From positions 8,720 to 72,719 of the forward strand of contig JAKLFM010000006.1 in NCBI GenBank assembly GCA_022711175.1: 64,000 bases of DNA, read 5' to 3'. The stretch's first letter is position 1. Each line of letters begins with the position of its first letter. A model generated the notes under the pieces. The model was given only the letters and a program-made list of their open reading frames with translations, ran no database searches and was not told the DNA's origin. The stretch is from Bacteroidota bacterium. Its GTDB lineage: Bacteria > Bacteroidota > Bacteroidia > Bacteroidales > UBA4417. Positions 47,587 through 57,477 of this stretch are shown in pieces. Both the position numbers and the translations under genes were made by a program.

Positions 47587-48660
47587 ATGAAAAGCATCCT
47601 GGTAATTTATCCCGAGCCTGATATCACTAAGATTGCCGTTTACCGGAATACCAGCCTTATTTTTCTAAAATCGATCAGGCACAAGCCTGAGGATTTGGCG
47701 GCATATGCCGATGTTACCGATCAGTTGGATTATCGTACCGGCCTTATCATGGAAGAGTTGGTGAATAACCAGATCGAATTATCGGAAATAGCTGTGGTGA
47801 TGGCGCGCGGCGGTCTTATAAAGCCTCTAAGGTCAGGCATATACAAAGTAAATGAAACCATGAAGCATGACCTAAGGGTTGGAGTGATGGGCCGCCATGC
47901 AACAAATTTAGGTGGATTGATAGGCGATAAAATAGCTGCGTTGCTGCCCGATGCTTCAGCCTATCTCGCCGACCCGGTAGTTGTTGATGAACTTGAACCC
48001 ATAGCCAGGGTATCAGGATTACCGCAAATTGAGAGAACCTCAGTGTTCCATGCGCTGAATCATAAAAATGTATCGCGTGAGTATGCTGCAAGTATAAACC
48101 GGAAGTATGAAGACCTTAAACTCATCGTTGTTTATATTGGCAGTGGCGGCGTTTCGGTTGGCGCCCACAGCGGAGGAAAAGTAATTGATGTAAACCAGGC
48201 CTTTGACGGTGATGGCCCTTTTTCAATGACCCGAGCCGGTAGTTTGCCTGTGGGCCAGGTTATTGATCTTTGCTTCAGCGGTAAATATAGCCGCGAAGAA
48301 ATGCGCCGGCTTATTACCGAACAGGGCGGCATTTTAGGCTATCTCGGCACTAAGTCGCTCGGGCAGGTACTGGCGATGGTTGATGAAGGCGACGAGCAGG
48401 CAACATTTATCCTTGATGCCATGGTATATCAAATAGCCAAGGAAATAGGCGCAATGGCAACGGTTCTCGAAGGCAATGTTGATGCCATTCTGGTGATGGG
48501 TGCTATCATGAACAGCAGGTTTTTCAGCAAGCAGTTGCTCAGGAGGATTGAGAAAATTGCCCCTGTCTCGGTATATCCCATCGTAAACGACCTTGATTCT
48601 CTTGCCATGAATGGCGTGAATATCATACGCGGCGAAGCCGAAATACTGGAGTATAAGTAG
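47587..48660 (+). CDS. buk: Butyrate kinase homologue with divergent nucleotide-binding loops
   Basis: 357 aa. It is collinear with Buk (ARGGLIKP, GRHATNLGG, DPVVVDELE, SVFHALNHK, VGAHSGGKVIDVNQAFDGDGPFS, AMVYQIAKEIGAMATVL). The expected INPGSTSTK reads IYPEPDITK, and the expected LTGGLA reads VMGAIM. Confidence 0.75.
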   Translation: MKSILVIYPEPDITKIAVYRNTSLIFLKSIRHKPEDLAAYADVTDQLDYRTGLIMEELVNNQIELSEIAVVMARGGLIKPLRSGIYKVNETMKHDLRVGVMGRHATNLGGLIGDKIAALLPDASAYLADPVVVDELEPIARVSGLPQIERTSVFHALNHKNVSREYAASINRKYEDLKLIVVYIGSGGVSVGAHSGGKVIDVNQAFDGDGPFSMTRAGSLPVGQVIDLCFSGKYSREEMRRLITEQGGILGYLGTKSLGQVLAMVDEGDEQATFILDAMVYQIAKEIGAMATVLEGNVDAILVMGAIMNSRFFSKQLLRRIEKIAPVSVYPIVNDLDSLAMNGVNIIRGEAEILEYK

Positions 48661-48810
48661 CCTTATTATCTTTCAGTTCAGCCCTCACATTCAATTTCCG
48701 GTTTATTTTCACCTTTTCGAAAAAAACATAAAACCTTAATATTGAAGGTTTAAAATATTGTTTCTGGTACATTTCTTGCGGCAGTTTGTATGTTTATTAA
48801 CTACACAGCC

Positions 48811-49344
48811 ATGAAAAAAAGTGCGATTATAATGCTGGCAATGTTTCTAACAATGAACCTTGCAGCTCAAAAGCCGGGAAATGCCCCAAAGACAAAGGAA
48901 CAAAAAGCGGCAGAAAGAGAGGCGAGGTTCGTGGGGATACAACATCTTCTTGAAGATCAAGCTTTTGTATTGGAAGCCGATTTTCTCGGAAATGGTTTTG
49001 ACCGGCGTCCTGTGGTCGCATCCCTGAATTTTATTCTGGTTGATTCATCAGCATCGGTGGTGCAGACAGGCAATAATTTTGGCATCGGGTATAATGGAGT
49101 GGGTGGACTTACCGTTGAAGGCCGCATATCAAAGTACAATATAGTGCGTGATAAGAAGAGAAAATTCTTTACAGTAAACTGGAACATGTCTTCAGCCATC
49201 GGGTTTTATACGATTTCGATGCATGTTTCGGCATCGGGCAGAGCAACTGCAACACTCACCGGCAACACCTCAGGCCGGTTGGTTTACGACGGATGGCTTA
49301 TTCCTGCTGATGAAAGCCGCACTTTCACAGGAAGCAAACTATAA
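48811..49344 (+). CDS. DUF4251-like secreted protein
   Basis: About 177 aa from MKKSAIIMLAMF, with a signal peptide. The family assignment is from memory and is not strong. Confidence 0.5.
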   Translation: MKKSAIIMLAMFLTMNLAAQKPGNAPKTKEQKAAEREARFVGIQHLLEDQAFVLEADFLGNGFDRRPVVASLNFILVDSSASVVQTGNNFGIGYNGVGGLTVEGRISKYNIVRDKKRKFFTVNWNMSSAIGFYTISMHVSASGRATATLTGNTSGRLVYDGWLIPADESRTFTGSKL

Positions 49345-49457
49345 GCTTGTTGAACGACAGATGCTGGTGTCATCTTCATTATGATTGACTGGGCAAACAA
49401 TCCTTGTTTATATTTGTTACTGATAATCAATGAATCATAAACCCTAATCTACCTGTC

Positions 49458-49865
49458 ATGGATTTTTCGACATTAAACTGGCTGGCAATCATTGTTTCAG
49501 CCCTGGCTTTTTTTGCTCTCGGTTCAATCTGGTACAATCCTAAAGTGTTTGGCACAATGTGGATGAAAGAAACCGGTGTTACCAATGAAGATGCCAAAAA
49601 GGCCAATATGGCCAAAACCTTTGGTCTCACGCTGGTGTTTTCATTCATCATGTCTCTGAACCTCGGGCTCATGCTTAATTCTCCCGAAATTGACGCGGTA
49701 AAAGGTGCTATGTATGGTTTCTTTGCCGGTTTCGGCTGGGTAGCCATGTCCATCTTCATTTTCGGGCAATACGAATTCCGCACTACGCGCTATATGCTAA
49801 TCAACGCGGGATATACCACGGTGGGTTTAACGCTGATGGGACTAATACTCGGCGCCTGGAAATAG
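49458..49865 (+). CDS. DUF1761 family membrane protein
   Basis: 135 aa with 4 TM segments. The N-terminal NWLAIIVSALAFFALGSIWYNPKVFG..W pattern is typical of DUF1761. Confidence 0.6.
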   Translation: MDFSTLNWLAIIVSALAFFALGSIWYNPKVFGTMWMKETGVTNEDAKKANMAKTFGLTLVFSFIMSLNLGLMLNSPEIDAVKGAMYGFFAGFGWVAMSIFIFGQYEFRTTRYMLINAGYTTVGLTLMGLILGAWK

Positions 49866-49949
49866 CTTTTCCTGAACTTTTGAGGCTTTTCAGAGTATTA
49901 CGAAACGGCGGCGCCGAAAATTCTTACATTTGTTTTCTTTGCATAACAG

Positions 49950-51347
49950 ATGAAGATACCGGGCCGTAGTTTTGTTTTTATTGCCGTTTCGGTAATCACA
50001 TTGGTCATTTTCTTTAACCTGGGGGATCATTATAACCTGTGGCATGTTGATGAAATGGCACTAACTGCCAGCCGGTGGATCGCCATTTCAGTACTTGTAT
50101 GGTATGCCTTCAGGCGAAAATCGCTTACCACCTGGATACTCATCAGCATGGTGATGGGGGCCGAATTTGGGCATGATTTTCCTTCGATTGCCGTTCATCT
50201 TAATATTTTCAGTAAGATTTTCCTCAGGATGGTGAAAACCATCATTGCGCCCTTGCTATTTGCCACATTGGTGGTCGGTATTGCCGGGCACTCTAACCTG
50301 AAACAGGTAGGCCGAATGGGCTGGAAGTCGCTTGTTTATTTTGAAGTGGTATCAACAATTGCCTTGTTCATCGGGTTGTTTGCCATCAATTTGAGTAAAG
50401 CCGGTGTCGGAGTTGTGATACCTCCCGAAATGGCTCTACAGGGTGTTCCTGATGTTAAACCGCAGACGTTTGAAGAAATTGTACTGCACATTTTCCCTGA
50501 AAATATTGCCAAAGCCATCTACGAAGGACAGGTTCTTCAGATTGTGGTTTTCAGCATTTTGTTCGGGATAGCAGTTGCCATGCTGAAGGAACAGCACCGC
50601 AAACGGATGGTGAATTTTGCCGAAAGCCTTTCCGAAGCCATGTTCAAATTCACCAACCTGGTGATGTACCTGGCGCCCATCGCGGTATTTGCTGCCATTG
50701 CTTATTCGGTTGGGCATATGGGGCTTGGAATTCTTGCCAACCTTTTCAAACTGCTGGCAACATTATATGTGGCACTTTTGATCTTTCTGCTTGGTGTGCT
50801 GCTGCCGGTTGCCTTGTTGTTAAAAATTCCGGTACGGAATTTCGTACGTGCAGTTTCCGAGCCGGCAACCATTGCATTTGCAACAACCAGTTCCGAATCG
50901 GCACTGCCGCGTGCAATGGAAGCTATGGAAAAGTTCGGAGTACCGCGAAAAATTGTGGCTTTCGTCATCCCGACCGGTTACAGTTTCAATCTCGATGGAA
51001 CAACGCTCTACCTTTCATTGGCAACAATTTTCGTTGCCCAGGTCGCGGGCATTCACCTGTCGCTGAGCCATCAGTTGTTAATTGTTTTTACACTAATGCT
51101 CACAAGCAAAGGCGTTGCAGGAGTTCCCAGGGCGTCGCTGGTAATTTTGCTGGGCACGGCTGCCAGTTTTGGTCTACCGGCATGGCCGATTTTTATCATT
51201 CTTGGCATTGATGAGTTGATGGATATGGCACGCACCGCCGTGAATGTGATCGGCAATTGCTTAGCTACCGCTGTAATTGCGCGCTGGGAAAAAGAATTTG
51301 ATGAAACTGCTGCCAATAATTTCAGTACGGAAATGATTGATAGATAA
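49950..51347 (+). CDS. Dicarboxylate/amino acid:cation symporter (DAACS, GltP/DctA-like)
   Basis: 465 aa. It has DAACS motifs including ATTSSESALP and the C-terminal DMARTAVNVIGN. The start may be an internal Met. Confidence 0.85.
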   Translation: MKIPGRSFVFIAVSVITLVIFFNLGDHYNLWHVDEMALTASRWIAISVLVWYAFRRKSLTTWILISMVMGAEFGHDFPSIAVHLNIFSKIFLRMVKTIIAPLLFATLVVGIAGHSNLKQVGRMGWKSLVYFEVVSTIALFIGLFAINLSKAGVGVVIPPEMALQGVPDVKPQTFEEIVLHIFPENIAKAIYEGQVLQIVVFSILFGIAVAMLKEQHRKRMVNFAESLSEAMFKFTNLVMYLAPIAVFAAIAYSVGHMGLGILANLFKLLATLYVALLIFLLGVLLPVALLLKIPVRNFVRAVSEPATIAFATTSSESALPRAMEAMEKFGVPRKIVAFVIPTGYSFNLDGTTLYLSLATIFVAQVAGIHLSLSHQLLIVFTLMLTSKGVAGVPRASLVILLGTAASFGLPAWPIFIILGIDELMDMARTAVNVIGNCLATAVIARWEKEFDETAANNFSTEMIDR

Positions 51348-51382
51348 TAGTTTAAGGTTAAGTTATATCGATTGATAGTTTT

Positions 51383-51772
51383 ATGCCACTTGTAAGGATA
51401 GAAATGTACAAAGGAAAGGAGAAAGCTTATAAGCAGGCGATTTTCGAAGGGGTTCACAAGGCTCTTGTATCTGCATTCAGAATACCGGACAACGACCGCA
51501 ACCAGCTTATTTATGAACTGGATGAAGAAAATTTTGAGAGAAATACAAATAAGTCCGGCCAATTTACCATCATAGAAATCACCGCTTTCAAAGGAAGAAG
51601 CCTGGAAGCCAAGCGGAACCTGTACCGTGAGATTTTCAATAATCTGAAACTCGACGCGGGAATTTCGGAAAGCGATATTCTGGTTTATATCAATGAACCA
51701 CAACTTGAGAATTGGGGAATCAAAGGTTTACCGGCCAGCGAAACAGATATTGGATTTGAAATCAAAGTTTAA
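51383..51772 (+). CDS. Tautomerase-superfamily protein (Pro-1 type)
   Basis: 129 aa beginning MPLVRIEM, which places the catalytic Pro directly after the initiator Met. The size and pattern resemble Tautomerase_2. Confidence 0.7.
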   Translation: MPLVRIEMYKGKEKAYKQAIFEGVHKALVSAFRIPDNDRNQLIYELDEENFERNTNKSGQFTIIEITAFKGRSLEAKRNLYREIFNNLKLDAGISESDILVYINEPQLENWGIKGLPASETDIGFEIKV

Positions 51773-51810
51773 ACTGTAATTTCCCAATATTTAAAGTAAG
51801 ACTCATAGCC

Positions 51811-52170
51811 ATGAAAACCGAAATCTTCTCTGCCGAAGGAACCAATATTGCTGAAATTACTTCTGACAAAATCCTCATTCGAACAATCCAGGATGCTCTT
51901 GACCTGATGGTTAACTGTGTTTACCAGGGGGCTGACAAGATTATTCTTCACCAGGAGAATATTGTCCCTGAGTTTTTCGACCTCAAAACAAGGCTGGCAG
52001 GCGAGATACTGCAGAAATTTTCGAACTATCGTGCAAGGCTTGCCATCGTGGGCGATTTTGCAGATGTGAAAAGTAAAAGCCTTCGTGACTTCATTCGCGA
52101 AAGCAACAAGCACGGACAGGTTGTTTTTGTGACGACAACCGAGGAAGCAAAGGAGAAACTGGCGAAATAA
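51811..52170 (+). CDS. DUF4180 domain protein
   Basis: 119 aa. The pattern IQDALDL...FFDLKTRLAGEILQKFSNYRARLAIVGDF...SKSLRDFIRESN matches my recollection of DUF4180. Confidence 0.6.
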   Translation: MKTEIFSAEGTNIAEITSDKILIRTIQDALDLMVNCVYQGADKIILHQENIVPEFFDLKTRLAGEILQKFSNYRARLAIVGDFADVKSKSLRDFIRESNKHGQVVFVTTTEEAKEKLAK

Positions 52171-52237
52171 GTTGTTTCACTCAAAGCCGCAGAGGCGCAA
52201 AGTGTTATTTTTTAAATTTTTCGACTGATAAAACAAA

Positions 52238-52281
52238 GATGACTGGCCCTTAGCATTTTCGTTGCTCAACGGCCTGTCATC
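52238..52281. terminator. Hairpin between convergent genes (11-nt arms, 10 of 11 paired, 22-nt loop)
   Basis: GATGACTGGCC (52238-52248) pairs with GGCCTGTCATC (52271-52281) with one T-T mismatch. It lies between the 3' ends of the DUF4180 gene and the HEFGH lipoprotein gene. Confidence 0.3.
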
Positions 52282-52316
52282 ATTATGGCTTTAGAATAAA
52301 TCAGCCTGATTCGTGC

Positions 52317-54362
52317 TTACTTTATAACGGTAAGCGCTTCATCAACAGCTTTGAGCATCGGCTCCACCGAAATGGTACTGCCAACAGCGCCTTTCATCCA
52401 CACCTGCGGAACTAGTCGTCCCTGTGTGTACATGCGGTCAACCTCTTTGGCGAAGTTCTTGTCTATGATGTATCCGTCAACCTGGAAATCAATCAAATGG
52501 CCGACAGGATAATTCGAAAGGTATAGTGGATTATCAATCATATGCGAATAAATGGCAAGGATCGGTTCATCCTTTGTCCCGAAAACGGGAGCATAATATT
52601 TATTCCATACATCTTTTGCGATGGTTATCACCGATTCCTTGAGTTGGGCCGGAGTGGCGTTGGGATTGTCGTACATCCACTTCCAAACCTGCATGTCAAC
52701 CAGCGAAACGCCCATGATCTCGTAGCACGACCAAATGGCATCCAAAGCGGCAAGATGTTCCTTGTTCGGGTCATTGTCGTTAATTCCAAGCAGGTATAGG
52801 TCGCGTTTCTGGAACAGGAAAGCCAGGGCTTCGGTAAAAGCTGTGTTGGGAACGCCCTGCATCATGTAGTTGTCAATGTCGTATAGGTCAATGGTTTGTT
52901 CAACATTATGCCCGAATTCATGGGTGGCGATGTTGTATCCTTTGTAATTCATGCCTTGCGGTGTTAGACGTGTACGCAACCGGGCCTTGTCGCCCCTCAT
53001 AGCAGCGCCTGCTGCATGTCCTGAACCGCGTGCCGGATCAACCTGCACTTTCGATGCGATATAATCGGCTCTTTCGGGGCTCCAGCCCAGCTTACGGAGA
53101 ATGTTCGGCATGTCCTTTTCAAAAGCTTTGGCATCGGGATAGAGTCCGGTTGTTTTAACCGTCAGTTCATCTTCGTTGATACTGCTTCTGGCTTTGAAAC
53201 CGTCGTACCAGATGTCGAAAGGTTCAAGGTTGCGGCCAAGCCTTTTGCTGATCAGGGCACCAACTTGTTTGATCTCCGGTGAGGTGATGAGGCTGATGAA
53301 TAGTTTTTCGACATCGGCTTCCGGTATTTCCATGCCCAGTTCAAAAGCGCGCTGGCTGAAGGTGGGATATGCCGGGTAGTATGGATCGACCGATTTCATG
53401 GCTTTAAAATTATTCAGCAGCATCTCGTAACGGGTTTCGGGCTCCGGCTTGAAAGTAACTTCCTTGCCATCCTTCAATATTTTGTTGTCAGCGGGATTCC
53501 ACCGGAATTCCTTGTTGTTGATCACTTCCTGAGGGATACTCTGGTCGATGATGCGCTTCATCACGGTATAAACCATCTTTTGCTTTTCCAGTCCGTCGGG
53601 TTTGCCGTAATGCGATTTCAATTCATCACGAAGCCCCCAGTGGGTGATCAGTTTCATGTCGGCAGGGAAATATGTTTTCCCTGAGGCATCCACCAGGTTG
53701 CCCATCATAATATTGTATTCCGAGATATACATGTCGCTTTTGGCAAGGGCATCCGCAACTTTCTGGTTCAGTTCGGCAGGCACGCGTGATGTGAAAACAT
53801 CACCCATCCTGGCATAAGCCCATTGGGTGCGGTTCCAGTTGGCTCCCATTTCGGTTTTTTCGGCCAGTGAATAAAATGGGAAGTTCAGCGCGGTAATAAA
53901 GGCAATTTTATTCTGGAAAAGGTCGTCGGTAAGGTGCGCCGAAGGCGAGAAGGAAGCAAAGATTTCATCCACGGGAGTAAGTTCAGGGCCGTCGAGGTCA
54001 ACAGGAACCCGCAGGTCCATTCCCATTTTGTTGAAGTTACCGTAAAGCACCTCGAAAGCATTCTGCAGTTTCTCAAAGAGAACCTGCAATTTAGCTGAGT
54101 CGGCAATGAAATTCCCGGTGCAGAAAGCTGCAAATTCATCGGCAGTGCCATCCTCTTGCTGCCAAAGCGATGCGGCTTGTTTCACCCCGCGTTCGATGCG
54201 GAATTTTGCCTGTTCGCCGCATGAGTCAGTAAGTTGTTTGATCACCTTGTCCATAGTTGCCTGGTTAATAAACGAAACCGTTGCGCCCGACTTTCCGGCA
54301 GGCTGTTTACATCCTGCAATTACTAAAAGCAGCAATGCAGGCAGGAGAATGAGTTTCTTCAT
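52317..54362 (-). CDS. Putative zinc metallopeptidase lipoprotein (HExxH)
   Basis: 681 aa. It has a lipoprotein signal (LLLVIAGC) and a single HEFGH zinc-binding motif (NIATHEFGHNVEQ). The subfamily was not identified. Confidence 0.6.
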   Translation of the reverse strand: MKKLILLPALLLLVIAGCKQPAGKSGATVSFINQATMDKVIKQLTDSCGEQAKFRIERGVKQAASLWQQEDGTADEFAAFCTGNFIADSAKLQVLFEKLQNAFEVLYGNFNKMGMDLRVPVDLDGPELTPVDEIFASFSPSAHLTDDLFQNKIAFITALNFPFYSLAEKTEMGANWNRTQWAYARMGDVFTSRVPAELNQKVADALAKSDMYISEYNIMMGNLVDASGKTYFPADMKLITHWGLRDELKSHYGKPDGLEKQKMVYTVMKRIIDQSIPQEVINNKEFRWNPADNKILKDGKEVTFKPEPETRYEMLLNNFKAMKSVDPYYPAYPTFSQRAFELGMEIPEADVEKLFISLITSPEIKQVGALISKRLGRNLEPFDIWYDGFKARSSINEDELTVKTTGLYPDAKAFEKDMPNILRKLGWSPERADYIASKVQVDPARGSGHAAGAAMRGDKARLRTRLTPQGMNYKGYNIATHEFGHNVEQTIDLYDIDNYMMQGVPNTAFTEALAFLFQKRDLYLLGINDNDPNKEHLAALDAIWSCYEIMGVSLVDMQVWKWMYDNPNATPAQLKESVITIAKDVWNKYYAPVFGTKDEPILAIYSHMIDNPLYLSNYPVGHLIDFQVDGYIIDKNFAKEVDRMYTQGRLVPQVWMKGAVGSTISVEPMLKAVDEALTVIK

Positions 54363-54529
54363 GTTTCCGTAGGATTGATTTTGAAAGGAATACGGTGTAA
54401 AATTAGAGAGAATATCTCTTAGAAAATGGTAAGAGGAATTGTTTTTTGTTGAGCATAATTTGCTTTTCGTTTTTGAAAAAAACTAACTTGCGGTGTCATT
54501 TTACATAATTGAAATTTAAGTTATACCCA

Positions 54530-55276
54530 ATGAAACGCATCACATTTATTCTGAGCTCTGTAGTAATCAGCTTATATTGCTTTGGGCAGAATGCAGAAGC
54601 TACCAAGAGCTATAATCAGGGTAATAAGTATTTTAAGCAGAAGGATTTCAATACAGCTATTGAGTGTTACTCATTATCATTAATAAAAGGTCCTAATGCT
54701 GATGCTTATCTCAAAAGGGCATTATCATATTTAAATTTACACGATACTTGTAGCTATTGTAAGGATTTGAAATTAGCATATATGTATGATAACCAGGATG
54801 CTGAAAAAATGTACAATAAAAATTGTGTGTTACATGATACAGTTTTCGAAACTACTGACTCGATCAAAGAAGAATTCCCTGGTTACTATTATTCTGTCGT
54901 GACACGATTTAAAGACACAGCCATAACACATGTAACTTGTTTTGACAAACAAAACAAAGAGATTGAAAGCATTTATAATATTCCTCCTGAATTCCCTGGA
55001 GGTGATGAGGCAAGAATAAGATTTCTTCAAAAGAACATAATTTATCCCCAGGAGGCTAGGGTATACGGAATACATGGCACTGTTTATGCCAAGTTTATTG
55101 TTACAAAAAACGGCCTAATAAAAAACATTGAAATTATTAAGTCAGTTGGTGGAGGTTGCGACGAAGAATTTATCCGTATTCTAAAATTAATGCCACGCTG
55201 GAAACCGGGTACTAGCAAAGGGAAACCGATTGACGTGCCTTTTTTTATGTCTTTAAAGTTTTCTCTATCTGGATAG
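54530..55276 (+). CDS. TonB C-terminal-domain protein with a TPR-like N-terminal region
   Basis: It starts at MKRITFIL (ATG at 54530; the ORF-track start at 54509 is TTG). The C-terminus PEFPGGDEARIRFLQKNIIYPQEARVYGIHGTVYAKFIV...G is a TonB_C signature. Confidence 0.7.
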   Translation: MKRITFILSSVVISLYCFGQNAEATKSYNQGNKYFKQKDFNTAIECYSLSLIKGPNADAYLKRALSYLNLHDTCSYCKDLKLAYMYDNQDAEKMYNKNCVLHDTVFETTDSIKEEFPGYYYSVVTRFKDTAITHVTCFDKQNKEIESIYNIPPEFPGGDEARIRFLQKNIIYPQEARVYGIHGTVYAKFIVTKNGLIKNIEIIKSVGGGCDEEFIRILKLMPRWKPGTSKGKPIDVPFFMSLKFSLSG

Positions 55277-55314
55277 GAGGGTATTGCCTAGTTATTGAAT
55301 AATTTAGGCAGTTA

Positions 55315-55854
55315 TTAATAAAATGTCACAATTTCCTCCATCGGTTTCCTGATCTTTTTCCGAAGGGTGTAACCTTCTTCAGCATAACCGAGGCTTATCA
55401 CCAGCCCGACGGTTTTGTCACCGGGAATATTCAGTGCTTTTTTAAGCTCCTTTTCGTTGTACCAGCCCATCATGCAGGTGCCAAGTCCCTCCTCAGCTGC
55501 CTGCAGGCAAAAATGCTCAGCGGCGATGCCAATGTCGATGAGTTTCCATTCTTTTTTCTTCAGTATCATGGCGATACGGTTTAGCATCCTGGGTTTTTCA
55601 AGCAACATGACCACAAGCACCGGCGCCTGCATAGTGAATTTGTTGAATTTTACCGCCCCCGAAAAAGTAGCTTTTGCTACTTCGGTTCTTAAAGGTTCTT
55701 CCTGCACAACAATGAAGTGCCATGGTTGCGAATTGCTCGCCGACGGCGCCATCCGGGCAGCTTCGAGGCAACGCTGCAACTTGTCTTTTTCAACAGGTTT
55801 TGAAGAATATTTTCTTACACTCTGGCGAGTATTGATGAGTTCGTGAAATGCCAT
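55315..55854 (-). CDS. Nitroreductase family protein
   Basis: 179 aa. It has TRQSVRKYS, APSASNSQPW and other nitroreductase-fold motifs. Confidence 0.8.
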   Translation of the reverse strand: MAFHELINTRQSVRKYSSKPVEKDKLQRCLEAARMAPSASNSQPWHFIVVQEEPLRTEVAKATFSGAVKFNKFTMQAPVLVVMLLEKPRMLNRIAMILKKKEWKLIDIGIAAEHFCLQAAEEGLGTCMMGWYNEKELKKALNIPGDKTVGLVISLGYAEEGYTLRKKIRKPMEEIVTFY

Positions 55855-55896
55855 TTTACTATTGATCCTATTCTGAAATTGAAGTAACTTTATCGT

Positions 55897-57426
55897 ATGA
55901 AAACTACTTCGGCAAAAGTACGATTTTTAGCGGCAGCGCTGTTACTCGCTTTGAGTTCGGCCTGTCATCCAAGGACCAATCCCACCCTCATCATGAATGA
56001 ACCTGATACTTTAATTAATCGCCGGCCGGCGGTTGCAGGGCAATTTTACCCCGGCACCGCGGCCGAACTGCAGCAAACTATGGAAAAGATGTTTGCCAAA
56101 GCACCTAAAGCGGTGAATAGTGCTGAGGTAAAAGCCATAATTGTTCCGCATGCGGGCTATGTCTTTTCAGGCGAAGTGGCGGCGGCCGCTTTTAACCAGG
56201 CTGATCCTCTCAAAGAGTATAAAACCGTGTTTATTATCGGATGCAGCCACCGCAATTCATTTGCCGGAGCATCAGTTTACAGCATAGGCAATTATATCAC
56301 ACCATTTGGCGAAGCGCCGGTCGATCTCGAAACAGCCCGCCAGCTTAGTATTGCGAATAAAGTAATGTCGTTCGATCCGGCCTACCAGCAGAACGAGCAC
56401 AGTGTTGAAGTGCAGGTGCCATTTGTGCAGTATTTTCTGAAAAAAGGCGTGAAGATTGTACCGATACTCCTGGGAACACAGGACCCGTCGGTCTGCAAAA
56501 AAATTGCAGAAGCGTTGAAACCATACTTCAACGATGAAAATCTTTTTGTGATCAGCACCGATTTTTCGCATTACCCGGCTTACGATGAAGCTGTTAAGGT
56601 TGATAAATCAATTGCTGATGCCATATGCACAAATAAGCCATCTCGACTGATTGATGCTGTAAGTGCCTGCATGAAGAAACCGGTTGAAAACCTTGCCACA
56701 GGCTGCTGTTCGTGGCCATCGGTGCTCACACTCATGTACCTTACTGAGGAAGCGAATGATGTTACATACAAACAGCTGATATACCGTAATAGCGGCGACT
56801 CACCCTATGGCGATAAAGACCGTGTGGTGGGATATTGGGGAATCGTTATCAGCCAGCCTATACAGGAAAACGGCTTCAGCCTCACTGAAAGCGAAAAACA
56901 GCAACTGCTGGGCATTGCAAGAAATACGATCAATGAGTACGTCAGGAGCGAAAAGGTTCCGGAGCTGTCACCCTCAAAACTGACTGACGCCCTGATGCAA
57001 AAAGCAGGTGCATTTGTAACCCTCCGAAAACACGGCGACCTGAGAGGTTGCATCGGGCATTTCGATGCTGATCAGCCTCTATACAGCATTGTTCAGCAAA
57101 TGGCTGTAGCCTCATCGACACAGGATTACCGGTTTTCGCCTGTGCAGCCTGATGAAATGAAGGATATTAAAATAGAAATATCAGTGCTTACACCAATGAA
57201 GAAAATTTCTTCGGTAAGCGAAATTAAACTTGGCCGCGACGGCATTTATGTCCGCAAAGGAGCCCGCGCCGGGACTTTCCTGCCCCAGGTAGCCACCGAA
57301 ACCGGCTGGGGTCTTGAAGATTTCCTGGGGCATTGTGCCCGCGACAAAACCGGCATTGGATGGGACGGCTGGAAAGACAAGGATACGGAGATTTTTACTT
57401 ATCAGGCTTACGTCTTTTCAGAATAA
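55897..57426 (+). CDS. Fused AmmeMemoRadiSam system protein B (MEMO1-like) and protein A (AMMECR1)
   Basis: 509 aa with a lipoprotein-like signal (LALSSAC). The Memo motif is IVPHAGYVFSG in the N-terminal half. The AMMECR1 motif is LRGCIGHF in the C-terminal half. Confidence 0.85.
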   Translation: MKTTSAKVRFLAAALLLALSSACHPRTNPTLIMNEPDTLINRRPAVAGQFYPGTAAELQQTMEKMFAKAPKAVNSAEVKAIIVPHAGYVFSGEVAAAAFNQADPLKEYKTVFIIGCSHRNSFAGASVYSIGNYITPFGEAPVDLETARQLSIANKVMSFDPAYQQNEHSVEVQVPFVQYFLKKGVKIVPILLGTQDPSVCKKIAEALKPYFNDENLFVISTDFSHYPAYDEAVKVDKSIADAICTNKPSRLIDAVSACMKKPVENLATGCCSWPSVLTLMYLTEEANDVTYKQLIYRNSGDSPYGDKDRVVGYWGIVISQPIQENGFSLTESEKQQLLGIARNTINEYVRSEKVPELSPSKLTDALMQKAGAFVTLRKHGDLRGCIGHFDADQPLYSIVQQMAVASSTQDYRFSPVQPDEMKDIKIEISVLTPMKKISSVSEIKLGRDGIYVRKGARAGTFLPQVATETGWGLEDFLGHCARDKTGIGWDGWKDKDTEIFTYQAYVFSE

Positions 57427-57477
57427 ATACCGGCGTTATAACCATTCATATACTAATTTCCGTATCCTGAATTCCTG

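Noticed and set aside
51071-51703. 210-aa minus-strand ORF spanning the 3' end of the DAACS transporter gene and the tautomerase gene
   Set aside because: It overlaps two well-supported plus-strand genes and crosses their intergenic region. No motifs were found, and its composition is that of an antisense frame.
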